Shown: piece by piece, positions 29,712 to 39,662 of the stretch
Layout: every line of letters starts with the position of its first letter
Numbering within the stretch: the first letter of the stretch is position 1
Assembly (NCBI GenBank): GCA_038109055.1
Contig: JAYNIM010000001.1
Location: 427,365-491,364, forward strand
Direction of reading: 5' to 3'
DNA from: a bacterium
GTDB taxonomy: Bacteria; Margulisbacteria; Marinamargulisbacteria; GCA-2716485; JAYNIM01
Length of the DNA stretch: 64,000 nt
Translations under genes and position numbers: made by a program
The notes under the pieces: generated by a model
What the model saw: the letters and a program-made list of their open reading frames with translations, nothing else
What the model was told of the DNA's origin: nothing
The model's database searches: none

Positions 29712-30348
29712 TTTTTTCTCCAAACTTTATAAAATTCTCAACTATCTGAATCCCAACCTTTGCACTTTTTTCAGGGTGAAACTGACAACCATATACATTT
29801 TTATTTCTAATAACAGAAGCAAACATATGATTATGGTAACTTGTATTTGCAATTACTTGATTTTGGTTATATAGGTCACAAAAAAAGGAATGAACAAAAT
29901 AAACCTCATCTCCTACTAAATTATCTAGTATATTACCTTCCCATTCAACTCTATTCTTAAGTAAGCGATTCCATCCAATATGTGGCACTTTTTTATCATA
30001 CATGTTATCTTTTTTTTCAAATTTTAATGGTTTAACTACCCCAGAAAATAATGAAAGGCCTTTTGTTTCACCAAATTCCAAACTTTTATCTAACAGCAAT
30101 TGCATCCCTAAACAAATTCCTAATATAGGTACTCCTTTATTTGCTAAGTCTTTTAAGACTATATCTAAACCTCTTTCTTTTAGACCCTTCATACCATCAA
30201 TGAAAGCGCCAACTCCTGGCAAAATAACATGAGAATACTTGGTCATATCAGTAGCTGTATTAATAACTTCATAGTCTAAAGATAAAAAAGACAAAACATT
30301 TTCAATGCTTTTCATATTACTTAACCCGTAATCTATTATTGCTATCAT
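29704..30348 (-). CDS. HisH-like glutamine amidotransferase (WbuY-type, glycan locus)
   Basis: IDYG, LPGVGAF, GICLGMQ, YFVHS, QFHPEKS. Confidence 0.88.
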   Translation of the reverse strand: MIAIIDYGLSNMKSIENVLSFLSLDYEVINTATDMTKYSHVILPGVGAFIDGMKGLKERGLDIVLKDLANKGVPILGICLGMQLLLDKSLEFGETKGLSLFSGVVKPLKFEKKDNMYDKKVPHIGWNRLLKNRVEWEGNILDNLVGDEVYFVHSFFCDLYNQNQVIANTSYHNHMFASVIRNKNVYGCQFHPEKSAKVGIQIVENFIKFGEKNE

Positions 30349-30350
30349 AA

Positions 30351-31103
30351 TTACTCCGTCTCCATAGATGCTTTCAAATCAGCTATTGATGAAATATTGT
30401 AGTGAAAAATCGAAGCACAAGCTACCGCACTAATTGGAAATTTTTTATAAAGAGAAGAAACATGATCAACTGAACCAGCTCCACCACAGGCAATAACAGG
30501 AATAGGAACTTTTGATGCAATTTTTTCTACTAAATCTTCTTCAAACCCTTTTTTGGTTCCCTCTCTATCAATAGATGTAATTAAAAGTTCTCCCGCACCC
30601 AAATCAACAACTTCTTTTGCCCAATTGATTGCATCTAAATTTGTAGACTCTCTTCCTGTATCTACATAACTCTCCCAAGAGTCACCTTTTTTTTTGGCGT
30701 CAATAGAAACAACAATACATTGGCTTCCAAAACGATTTGCAGCTTCAGATATTAAGTTTGGATTTCGAACAGCTGCAGTATTTATAGCTACTTTATCAGC
30801 ACCTAACCTTAAGACCTTTTCAATATCACCTAAATTTCTCAAGCCTCCACCCACTGTTAAAGGAACAAATAGTTTTTTTGCAACTTTTTCTACGATTAGA
30901 TCAAGACTATTTCTTTCATAAAGACTAGCCACAGCGTCCATAAAAATAATTTCATCTGCACCTTCATTGTAATATTTTTGTGTTAACTCAGTTGGATTAC
31001 CAACTACACGTAAACCTTCGAGATGAATCCCTTTTATAACCGTATCATTTTTAATATCTAATCTAGGTATAATTCTAAAATTTTTAAGTCGTTTGGTAAT
31101 CAT
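30351..31103 (-). CDS. HisF-like cyclase-fold protein (WbuZ-type, glycan locus)
   Basis: IPRLDIK, KGIHLEGLR, VGGG, GAGELLITSIDREGT. Confidence 0.88.
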   Translation of the reverse strand: MITKRLKNFRIIPRLDIKNDTVIKGIHLEGLRVVGNPTELTQKYYNEGADEIIFMDAVASLYERNSLDLIVEKVAKKLFVPLTVGGGLRNLGDIEKVLRLGADKVAINTAAVRNPNLISEAANRFGSQCIVVSIDAKKKGDSWESYVDTGRESTNLDAINWAKEVVDLGAGELLITSIDREGTKKGFEEDLVEKIASKVPIPVIACGGAGSVDHVSSLYKKFPISAVACASIFHYNISSIADLKASMETE

Positions 31104-32229
31104 AAAACTCTTTATTTGCCATTTTAATCATTTCTATTTCAGATAATTTTTCAATAATACGCTTGCTTGCTCCACCTTTACCAAAAGGAAAATCTTTTTT
31201 AATATTTTTATTCTCAACTTGACTTATCTTTTGGATTATTTCCTCGTCATCAAAACTGCATGATAATATAGAGTCTAATTGCAATCGTCCAGTTTGTCTA
31301 TTTCCAATATTTATTGTTGGAATACCCATCATGGGAGCTTCTGTCATGCCACTTGATGAATTACCTAACATGCAAAAAGCATTTTTTAATAAGGATATAT
31401 AACGTTTAAAACCTAAAGATTCAACAATCACACATCTTCTATGTTCTAAGTTCAAAAATTCTCTAACTTTATTTCGAATAATCATATTACCAGGATCTGA
31501 ATTTGGCATTGTAAAAATAACTTTGTATTCAGGTAATTTTTTTAACGCATTTAGCACGCTTTCTATTTGCTTTTCAACTAACACAACGCTTGAAGTTTCC
31601 GGATGAAGCGTACAAATTATAAACTCTTTGGGATAAAGCGACAGCCCAAGTTGTTTAGAAAGCTCATCCAACCTCTCTAATTTCAATTTATTAATTACAT
31701 CAACTACTGGCGCACCAAAATTAAAAACTGTATTTGGATGTTCTCCCATTCTTATTAGACGTTCTTTGTAAAACTGGGTTACGGGAAAGTGTAAGGATGC
31801 CATTTTTGAAATAGAGTGTCTAAACCCTTCATCTAATGCCCCTTTAGTGACTTCTCCACCATGAATATGTGCTATAGGGATGTTTAGTGTATATGCAGTA
31901 ATTGCAAGAGCTAATATCTCATATCTATCGCCAAGCAACAGTAACATATCAGGCCTTAGTTCTTGTAAGACAGCAGTGAATTTAACAATACATCTCGCTA
32001 TTATATTGGGCAATAATTCATCTTCAACGAGTTCTAATGGAATTTGATGATGAACCAAAGTATTATCCGACAGAATTTCTTGTATAGTATAGCCATACTC
32101 CTTCTCCAAATGTGTTCCTGTTACTAATAGTTCAAATCTATTACCTGAATTTTCTGCTTCATTTATTACTTCCTTAAGTAATCCATAGTCAGCTCTTGTA
32201 CTAGTAACAATAATAACTTTATTTGACAT
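31084..32229 (-). CDS. legG: Hydrolysing NDP-diacylamino-sugar 2-epimerase (LegG/NeuC family)
   Basis: TRADYGLL, TGTHL, GDRYE, HIHGGE, GNSSSG; probable start MSNKV at 32229. Confidence 0.85.
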   Translation of the reverse strand: MSNKVIIVTSTRADYGLLKEVINEAENSGNRFELLVTGTHLEKEYGYTIQEILSDNTLVHHQIPLELVEDELLPNIIARCIVKFTAVLQELRPDMLLLLGDRYEILALAITAYTLNIPIAHIHGGEVTKGALDEGFRHSISKMASLHFPVTQFYKERLIRMGEHPNTVFNFGAPVVDVINKLKLERLDELSKQLGLSLYPKEFIICTLHPETSSVVLVEKQIESVLNALKKLPEYKVIFTMPNSDPGNMIIRNKVREFLNLEHRRCVIVESLGFKRYISLLKNAFCMLGNSSSGMTEAPMMGIPTINIGNRQTGRLQLDSILSCSFDDEEIIQKISQVENKNIKKDFPFGKGGASKRIIEKLSEIEMIKMANKEFYDYQTT

Positions 32230-33316
32230 CTTTTGCATTGATTCGCTTAACATATTCATTATATTCATCAATTTGTCCTAAGTCTGTCCATGAATTTTCT
32301 GAAATCGGAAAACTTTTTACACTATTCTTTTCTAGAATTACACGTTCTATTAAACTAGTCATATCAAAATATTGATCTTTTGGTATAAAATCCAGCACTT
32401 TTTTATTTAAAACATAAAAGCCTATATTTACTAATAAATCTATCTCTGGTTTTTCAGAAATTTTTTTTACTATTCCACTTTTTTTAATATCAACTACACC
32501 ATATGGAATTTTAAAATGTTTTAAAGATGAAACACTTGTAATTAGATTATTCTCTGATTCATGAAAATCAACAAGTTCCTTAATGTTAAAATCAGTAAAT
32601 ATATCACAGTTAGTCACTATGAATGTATCTGACAGTTTATTTGTAATCAAATTAAGAGAACCAGCTGTGCCCAAAGGTTTATTTTCTTGAAAAAATATTG
32701 AATTTTTATTAAATGTGTCAGTTTGAAAAAATGATCTTATTAAATCTGCCTTATAATTAAGCGATACAAAAAATTGATCGCACCCATATGTATAAAGCTT
32801 ATTCATAATATGTTTAATCATTGGTTTCCTATTAATAGGAATTAATGGCTTTGGAATAATATCAGTATAAGGCGCCATTCTAGTTCCCTTACCACCAGCC
32901 ATAATAACAGCTGGACATAACTTAGAATGTTTTTCTTGAAATATAGAATCTTTAAAACAATCATCCCAAAAAATACAATCTACAACTTCTTTGTCTTTGT
33001 TTAAAACGGGCACCCCTTCTAACCTTTGATTTATAAGAACTTTTTTAACTTCGTGCATTGATGATTCGTCTATCTTATTTAAATGAAGATTATGAACTTT
33101 TGGATTTTTATTCATAATCCTTACTATTTTTTCATCTAATGTTTTGCCGTCCAATAGTTCTCGTCTAATATCTCCGTCAGTAACTACACCAACTAACTTT
33201 TTCTTATTCATGACAAGAATCATTTTTTTTCCTGCCTTATCCATGATTCTCCAAGCAGATTTAATACTATTTGTTTCTTCGCAAAATAAATCTTTCAATC
33301 TTCTGTGGTTTTTCAT
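32219..33316 (-). CDS. CBS-domain sugar-1-phosphate nucleotidyltransferase (PtmE/LegX-like)
   Basis: TDGDIRR CBS region; MAGGKGTRM, PKPL, PLGTAGSL, NCD, IPYGV. Confidence 0.88.
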   Translation of the reverse strand: MKNHRRLKDLFCEETNSIKSAWRIMDKAGKKMILVMNKKKLVGVVTDGDIRRELLDGKTLDEKIVRIMNKNPKVHNLHLNKIDESSMHEVKKVLINQRLEGVPVLNKDKEVVDCIFWDDCFKDSIFQEKHSKLCPAVIMAGGKGTRMAPYTDIIPKPLIPINRKPMIKHIMNKLYTYGCDQFFVSLNYKADLIRSFFQTDTFNKNSIFFQENKPLGTAGSLNLITNKLSDTFIVTNCDIFTDFNIKELVDFHESENNLITSVSSLKHFKIPYGVVDIKKSGIVKKISEKPEIDLLVNIGFYVLNKKVLDFIPKDQYFDMTSLIERVILEKNSVKSFPISENSWTDLGQIDEYNEYVKRINAKDVK

Positions 33317-34332
33317 GATATTTCAGGATTAATTAATTGATCTTCTTCATAAAACTTATCTGCTTTAATTCCAATTACTTTATCCCATTGCATTGGACTA
33401 AGCCCTGTTCCTGGTCGTTTACATATTAAATTATCTTCAGTAAACACTTCTCCTTTCTTAATGCGTCTTTTTGCCACAATACTTTTACGAACAATATTAA
33501 TATTTTTAAGTTCAGATTTAGCTGGCTGCTTCACCCCGTTACCCATAGCCTTTTCAACTTCTCTTATAGCCTTGACCATCTGTTCTAATTCATCAGGCTC
33601 CAGAGATGCTTGATGATCTGGACCTGGTAATGTTTTATCAAGTGTAAAGTGTTTTTCAATAATAGTTGCACCCATGGCTACGGCTGCTATTGGCACTGTG
33701 ATTCCTGATGTATGATCTGAATATCCGACAGGCAACCCAAACTCTTTTTTTAAGGTTTCTATGGCCTTTAAATTAACATCTTCAAATGGACAGGGATATT
33801 CGCTTGTGCAGTGAAGTAATGATAAATGTGATCGATCAAGCCCTGATTTAAACAAAAAATTTATGGCAAATTCAATTTCTTTCAGTGTGCACATTCCGGT
33901 AGAAAGTATCGTCTTTTTATTTAATTGACCTATTTTTCTTAAATAAGGTATATGCGTAATCTCTCCAGATGGTATTTTACATATTGGAAGTTTTAATTGA
34001 TTTAAATAGTCAATACTCTCACAGTCAAACGGTGATGATAAAAATAAAATATCTTTTTGCTTGCAATAGTCGATTAATTCAAGATGCATGTCATGAGTTA
34101 ATTCTAACTTCAATAACATATCAAATTGACTTTCTGAAGAAGACGTTTTTTGGTTTTGATAAGCTGCTTTTTGTGCGTCTAATGACGCTAATGTCTCCGC
34201 TTTAAATGTTTGGAATTTTATCGCATCTACCTCTGCTATGACTGCTAAATCAATGAGTTTTTTTGCTAATGATACGTCACTATTATGGTTTACACCTGCT
34301 TCAGCGATGATAAATGTGCGTTTATTACTCAA
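33313..34332 (-). CDS. legI: Legionaminic acid synthase (NeuB family)
   Basis: IAEAGVNHN, KFQTF, HCTSEYP, GYSDHT, GPDHQASLEP, KRPGTG. Confidence 0.88.
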   Translation of the reverse strand: MSNKRTFIIAEAGVNHNSDVSLAKKLIDLAVIAEVDAIKFQTFKAETLASLDAQKAAYQNQKTSSSESQFDMLLKLELTHDMHLELIDYCKQKDILFLSSPFDCESIDYLNQLKLPICKIPSGEITHIPYLRKIGQLNKKTILSTGMCTLKEIEFAINFLFKSGLDRSHLSLLHCTSEYPCPFEDVNLKAIETLKKEFGLPVGYSDHTSGITVPIAAVAMGATIIEKHFTLDKTLPGPDHQASLEPDELEQMVKAIREVEKAMGNGVKQPAKSELKNINIVRKSIVAKRRIKKGEVFTEDNLICKRPGTGLSPMQWDKVIGIKADKFYEEDQLINPEIS

Positions 34333-35215
34333 ACCTATCTCCTACTTTAAATTTAGCATCGTAAGAGTAGTCTACTATGTTTATGAATGTATCTTTTGTT
34401 TTGACTAAAAAACTATTGCTATCTTTATATAAAATTGTTCCTGGTACACCAATATATGATTTTGCCCCTTTTACTTCTATTGCTTTATTAATTTTCATTT
34501 CCTTACTCTTTAAGAAAGCTCTAGCTTCAGGACCTGGTCTGCATATCGCCCTGATAAAATTAAAAAGTTGTCTACTAGACTGATTCCAATTAATTTTTTC
34601 GTCTCCAATAATTCTTGCTGAACAATAAAAGCCAATGGGATCAATGTCATTCTGCTTTAATCTTGGAACAGGTCCTGATTTAAAAAATTCTAAGGTTTCA
34701 TAAAGTGCAATAGCACATTCTTTATGTGCGACTCTTAATAAAGAGCTGTAATCATCCTGATCCGTAATTTCAAATGTTTTCTGTAATATTATATCACCAG
34801 TATCTACCCCCTCATCCATATAATGGACCGTTATTCCAAACTCCATCTCATCATTTATAAGTGCCCAATTTAAAATATTTCTTCCCCTGTAGTAGGGGAG
34901 TTTACCGGCATGACAATTAATTGTTTTTAAACGAGGTAAATTAATAATTTGATTTTTAAAAATTTGATTAAACGACATTGATACATACAAATCACAATTA
35001 TACCCTTTAATTACTGAAATAAACTCTTGCGAATTTATATCTTGATGCTTTAAATACGCTATATTGTATTGTTCTGAATATTTTTTTAACGTTTCATCTT
35101 TAGTATCATATCTAACACATATAAATTTTATGTTTAAATACTTATCTTTTATAATTTTCTCAAATGCCCGATGGCTCCAAGGTCCATCAGCAAAATAGCC
35201 TATATTTATTAACAT
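34325..35215 (-). CDS. Sugar N-formyltransferase (Fmt-like)
   Basis: INCHAGKLPYYRG, GITVHYMDEGVDTGDI; lies between legC and legI. Confidence 0.82.
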   Translation of the reverse strand: MLINIGYFADGPWSHRAFEKIIKDKYLNIKFICVRYDTKDETLKKYSEQYNIAYLKHQDINSQEFISVIKGYNCDLYVSMSFNQIFKNQIINLPRLKTINCHAGKLPYYRGRNILNWALINDEMEFGITVHYMDEGVDTGDIILQKTFEITDQDDYSSLLRVAHKECAIALYETLEFFKSGPVPRLKQNDIDPIGFYCSARIIGDEKINWNQSSRQLFNFIRAICRPGPEARAFLKSKEMKINKAIEVKGAKSYIGVPGTILYKDSNSFLVKTKDTFINIVDYSYDAKFKVGDRFE

Positions 35216-36369
35216 AAAACAACTGAGCTGGGTATATTAACCAATTTTAAAGCAAAATCTTTTGAATTCATTAATTCACTTTTGTAACAATCACTAAACA
35301 TCTCCAACTGACACATCAACTCCCAACACGGCCTTGTCATTACACCTTGTTTATTTGTCATCTCTAAAAAGATATCACGACTTTCCTGATCATTAAACAA
35401 TACTGTTTGTAGCCAATAATTAGACCTCGTATTATCTGGTTCTTGCACACATTTTATATCAAGGTCATCAAACAACGCTTGGTATGTTTTTGCTAGTTCA
35501 CGTTTTATATTAATTAATTGATCTAGGTGTTCCATTTGAGCACAGCCTAATGCGGCATTAATATTAGGCATCCGATAATTATAGCCTATTTCATCATGAA
35601 CATAATCCCATTGATGAGGTACTTTTGCAGTGGTTGTTAAATGTTTGGCTCGTTTTGCTAAATACTCATCATCCGTCACAATCATCCCTCCCCCACCTGT
35701 GGTAACTATTTTGTTGCCATTAAAACTAAATACACCCAGCTTACCAAACGTGCCTGTATGTTTATTTTTATATAAACTCCCTAAAGACTCGGCAGAATCC
35801 TCTACGACCGGTATATCAAATTGGTCACAAACATCGACTATTTTATCTATCTCTACTGGATGGCCAAAGGTATGCATGGGCACACAGGCTTTGATGATTT
35901 TATTGGTATGGATATTTAGTAAGCCTTGGGCTGTTTTTTTTGTTGATGATTTTAAAAAAATTTCGAGTTTTTCTGGGCACATCCCTAATGTGTGTTGAGA
36001 AATATCTATAAACACTGGGTCTGCGCCACAATATTTTATGGCATTACAGGTAGCAACAAAGGTTAGAGGCTGTGTAATTACTTCTGTATTTTCTTCTACT
36101 CCGGCTAACAATAAAGCGATATGTAAAGCAGCAGTCCCATTCACCGTTGCAATCGCAAACTTAACACCTGTATAGCTTGCTATCATGTGCTCAAACTGAT
36201 CGACATACTTCCCTACTGATGAAACAAACGTTGAGTCAATGCAATCAGCTAAGTATTTTTTTTCATTTCCATTAAAACTTGGTTCATGCAATGGGATAAA
36301 ATCTTTATTTGGAAACTGATCCCGTATAAAATCAATAATCACCTGACACTGATCTAGAAAACTAGACAT
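35209..36369 (-). CDS. legC: LegC-family PLP aminotransferase
   Basis: IPLHEP, STFVSSVG, SFNGNKIVTTGGGG, GYNYRMPN; probable start MSSFL at 36369. Confidence 0.9.
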   Translation of the reverse strand: MSSFLDQCQVIIDFIRDQFPNKDFIPLHEPSFNGNEKKYLADCIDSTFVSSVGKYVDQFEHMIASYTGVKFAIATVNGTAALHIALLLAGVEENTEVITQPLTFVATCNAIKYCGADPVFIDISQHTLGMCPEKLEIFLKSSTKKTAQGLLNIHTNKIIKACVPMHTFGHPVEIDKIVDVCDQFDIPVVEDSAESLGSLYKNKHTGTFGKLGVFSFNGNKIVTTGGGGMIVTDDEYLAKRAKHLTTTAKVPHQWDYVHDEIGYNYRMPNINAALGCAQMEHLDQLINIKRELAKTYQALFDDLDIKCVQEPDNTRSNYWLQTVLFNDQESRDIFLEMTNKQGVMTRPCWELMCQLEMFSDCYKSELMNSKDFALKLVNIPSSVVLC

Positions 36370-37348
36370 TGTATATATGTGACTTATAAGAAGCTCTATT
36401 TGAATCAACTTTAAACCATTCAATGGTTTCTTTTAATCCATCAATTAACGATATTGAGGGTGCCCAGTTTAAAAGCTGTTTACATTTTTCCGCTGAGCCT
36501 AACAATTGATTCACTTCACTTTTTTCAGGTCGTAACCTTTCTTCCTTTGAAATAACTTTTGCCTTAGGATTTATTTCATTAATTATTAATTGAGCTAAAT
36601 CACCTATAGAAATATCATTTTGAGTTGCTATATTCACGTCTTTTCCCAGTGTTTTTCTGGTTTGAGAAATTCTAAAAAAACCTTCTATCGTATCCTTAAC
36701 ATAAACTAAATCACGAGTTGGACTAATAGCCCCTAATTCTATTACTTCTTTCCCGTCTAAAAGTTGTGTGATAATTGTTGGGATAACGGCTCTGGCTGAC
36801 TGGCGAGGCCCATAAGTATTGAAAGGTCTAACAATGGTTACAGGTAAATCAAAACTACGATAAAACGACTCTGTCATACAATCTGCGGCGATTTTAGTCG
36901 CTGAATAAGGAGACTGAGGTTGTCTAGGATGCGTTTCGGAAATAGGCGTTTCAAGTGCTGTACCGTATACTTCAGATGTTGATGTAACCAACACACGTTC
37001 AGTGCCTAATTCCCTGGCTGTTTGAAGGATATTTAATGTACCTTTCACATTCGTATCTACATAAGAATCTGGTGAATGATAACTAAAAGGTATGCCAATT
37101 AACGCAGCTAAATGATACACAATATCCATTCCTTTCAGGGCTTCTTTAACCCCATTTGGATCTCGAATATCTCCTGAAAAAGTTTCGATGTTATCTAACT
37201 GATTTTTATCAAGTTTATCAAGCCAGCCCCAAGAATTAAATGAATTGTAAAAAACAAACGCACGAACAACAAAGCCTTTCTCTAAGAGATGTTCAACCAA
37301 GTGAGACCCTATAAATCCGTCTGCTCCTGTAACTAATACTTTTTTCAT
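36362..37348 (-). CDS. legB: LegB-family NDP-GlcNAc 4,6-dehydratase
   Basis: TGADGFIGSHL, YNSFNSWGWL, ALIGIPFSY, STSEVYG, SPYSATK, RPEKSEV. Confidence 0.9.
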   Translation of the reverse strand: MKKVLVTGADGFIGSHLVEHLLEKGFVVRAFVFYNSFNSWGWLDKLDKNQLDNIETFSGDIRDPNGVKEALKGMDIVYHLAALIGIPFSYHSPDSYVDTNVKGTLNILQTARELGTERVLVTSTSEVYGTALETPISETHPRQPQSPYSATKIAADCMTESFYRSFDLPVTIVRPFNTYGPRQSARAVIPTIITQLLDGKEVIELGAISPTRDLVYVKDTIEGFFRISQTRKTLGKDVNIATQNDISIGDLAQLIINEINPKAKVISKEERLRPEKSEVNQLLGSAEKCKQLLNWAPSISLIDGLKETIEWFKVDSNRASYKSHIYNV

Positions 37349-37425
37349 TTTTGTACCTCTATAAAACCTTCTTGTTTCAACTTGTATTAAGTTACACTAA
37401 TAAGTCCTTATTGTGAAGAAATGAT

Positions 37426-38622
37426 TCAATTAATATAGCTAGTCCTATCTATCAGATTAATTACATACTCTGCCAATGCAAACGCGCAGGTAAATGCAGG
37501 ACTCACTGCGTTTAAGATATGTGTCGTATTTTTTTTACACTCTACAATAAAATCCATCTCCAACTTTTTTGTTTGCTTATTAAACAGCTGTGCACGAATC
37601 CCTGGAGGACTTAGCTCGAAACTTTTGGAATCAAAATGAGCTAGTTTTAATGCCTCGTTGATCAGATACGGCTTCCAATATTTTGGGAACTCTTGTTTAG
37701 CGATTGTTCTAAACTGGGAATAATTATGTATAAACATTGATGTTTCTAAACGCATAATTTCTATGGCCTCTTTAAGATTAAAGTGGCTTAATCCGCTATA
37801 GTGCTCTCTCCAAAAGGCAGGAATAGCTGTCGGCCCTATCTTAATTTTCCCTTCTGCTGTTTTGGTAAAATGAACCCCTAAAAATGGATTCAAAAGATTT
37901 GGAACAGGATAAATATTGGTGTTCAGTCTTTGTTCACCCTTATACGTTAAATAAATCCCTTTAAAAGGGATCATTGTGTACTGATGTCCTACATCACACA
38001 TATGAGCGATTTTATCGGCAAACATACCCGCACAATTAATCAGTCTTTTAAAGCAATACGTCTCTTTTTGAGAGATTACTTGATCGTCTTTTATCTCTCT
38101 AACTTTATTCCCTGTTTTTATCTCAACCCCTTGCTTCGCTAGTAATTCTTTTAAATGCAGACATACTTTCACAGGGTTTACCGCCGCTGTATTAGGCGAA
38201 TACAAGGCTTTTTGTACTGTTTTCATACGAGGTTCAATCTCCTTTGCTTCTGCTTCATCAACTAAACGAACATCAACACCATTTTTTAAGCCTCTATCAT
38301 ATAAAGTCTTTAATGTTGCAACATCGGCTGTGTTCGTTGCCACAACGAGCTTCCCATCATTGGCAATAGAAATATTTTGTGATTGGCAAAATGCCTTCAT
38401 TGCAGCATTTCCCTGCACACAAAAACGCGCTTTTAGACTATTATCTGTATAATAAAAACCAGCGTGGAGAATACCACTATTCCTACCACTGGCATGCATG
38501 GCAACTTCAGCTTCTTTTTCTAGGATAACTATTTTTGAATCTGGGTATTTTTTTTTTAGCTCATACGCTATCGTCAAGCCGATAATACCTGCTCCAACGA
38601 TTAAATAATCATACTTAGTCAT
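37426..38622 (-). CDS. lhgO: L-2-hydroxyglutarate oxidase-like FAD-dependent oxidoreductase
   Basis: GAGIIG, HASGRNSGILHAGFYY, PFKG, YPVP, PFLGVHFT, GIRAQ, NAVSPAFT. Confidence 0.8.
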   Translation of the reverse strand: MTKYDYLIVGAGIIGLTIAYELKKKYPDSKIVILEKEAEVAMHASGRNSGILHAGFYYTDNSLKARFCVQGNAAMKAFCQSQNISIANDGKLVVATNTADVATLKTLYDRGLKNGVDVRLVDEAEAKEIEPRMKTVQKALYSPNTAAVNPVKVCLHLKELLAKQGVEIKTGNKVREIKDDQVISQKETYCFKRLINCAGMFADKIAHMCDVGHQYTMIPFKGIYLTYKGEQRLNTNIYPVPNLLNPFLGVHFTKTAEGKIKIGPTAIPAFWREHYSGLSHFNLKEAIEIMRLETSMFIHNYSQFRTIAKQEFPKYWKPYLINEALKLAHFDSKSFELSPPGIRAQLFNKQTKKLEMDFIVECKKNTTHILNAVSPAFTCAFALAEYVINLIDRTSYIN

Positions 38623-38801
38623 TGCTTGATTTTACAATTTATAAATTTTACTAAATTTACAACTGATATTTCTCTAAATTATCATATTTCATCACTGATG
38701 AGAATTTTAAATCATGACAAATTTCACTAGCGCGTGACCCACCTTCGTGTTATTTTTTTGTGCTTAGATAGTAGAGTTGCTCTTTTTTAGTTATACTTAA
38801 A

Positions 38802-39662
38802 ATGATGATAACTTCAATCTTAACGTTACTAAGACCTCATCACTATATAAAGAATTCATTTATATTTCTTCCTCTTTTTTTTGGATTAAAAGTATTTGAG
38901 CTTCATCTTATCTATCAACTGTTGCTTTCTTTTATTGGTTTTTCATCAATCGCAAGTGCTGTATATATTTTTAACGATACACTGGATATAAAGTTAGATC
39001 AAAATCATCCTATTAAAAAATATCGTCCCTTGGCTTCAGGTTCTGTTCCTCTTAAATTGGCTTTTTTCTTGGCAACTCTTCTTTTACTTTTTGGGTTTAG
39101 TATTGCAATTTTCCAACAAATCGCTTTCATTTTTCTTTTTTATGTGCTGCTTAATATTGTCTATTCGCTCAAACTTAAACATATTCCTATTATTGATGTG
39201 TTTATTATTGCAATAGGATTTGTCATTCGTTTATTCATTGGCGCAACTGTCACTAGCGTTGAATTATCGATATGGATTGTCATTATGACATTTTTACTTG
39301 CACTTTTTTTAGCTTTCTCTAAACGAAAATGTGACTTAGTTAGTTTAAAAGGAACCTCCAATGCCCGACCTGTTCTTGTATCATACAATCACGAATTTTT
39401 AAGTACTTGCATGGCTATTATGGCCTCTGTGGTCATTGTATCTTATATCATGTACACAACCTCTTCCTCAGTTCTTGCTAGTACAAATTCTGACTATGTT
39501 TATTTCACTAGTATTTTTGTATTATTTGGGATTTTAAGATACCTTAGCATCACTTATTTTGAAAAAACTACAGATAACCCAACTAAGATTCTCCTACATG
39601 ATATATGGTTACAGCTTAGTATTATTGGATGGCTGATTAGTTTTGCAGTTATGTTATATTAA
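38802..39662 (+). CDS. UbiA-family polyprenyl-phosphate phosphoribosyltransferase (DPPR synthase-like)
   Basis: RPHHYIKN, YIFND..D...D..HP.K..RPLASG, YSLKLKH, KRK; multi-TM. Confidence 0.88.
   Translation: MMITSILTLLRPHHYIKNSFIFLPLFFGLKVFELHLIYQLLLSFIGFSSIASAVYIFNDTLDIKLDQNHPIKKYRPLASGSVPLKLAFFLATLLLLFGFSIAIFQQIAFIFLFYVLLNIVYSLKLKHIPIIDVFIIAIGFVIRLFIGATVTSVELSIWIVIMTFLLALFLAFSKRKCDLVSLKGTSNARPVLVSYNHEFLSTCMAIMASVVIVSYIMYTTSSSVLASTNSDYVYFTSIFVLFGILRYLSITYFEKTTDNPTKILLHDIWLQLSIIGWLISFAVMLY

Noticed and set aside
29704..31103. hisH/hisF as histidine biosynthesis genes
   Set aside because: They sit in the Leg operon next to an N-acetyl-sugar amidotransferase with no other his biosynthesis genes; typical WbuY/WbuZ ammonia-supply paralogs
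34325..35215. Methionyl-tRNA formyltransferase (fmt)
   Set aside because: Overlaps legC and legI and has no def neighbour; a sugar N-formyltransferase is more plausible
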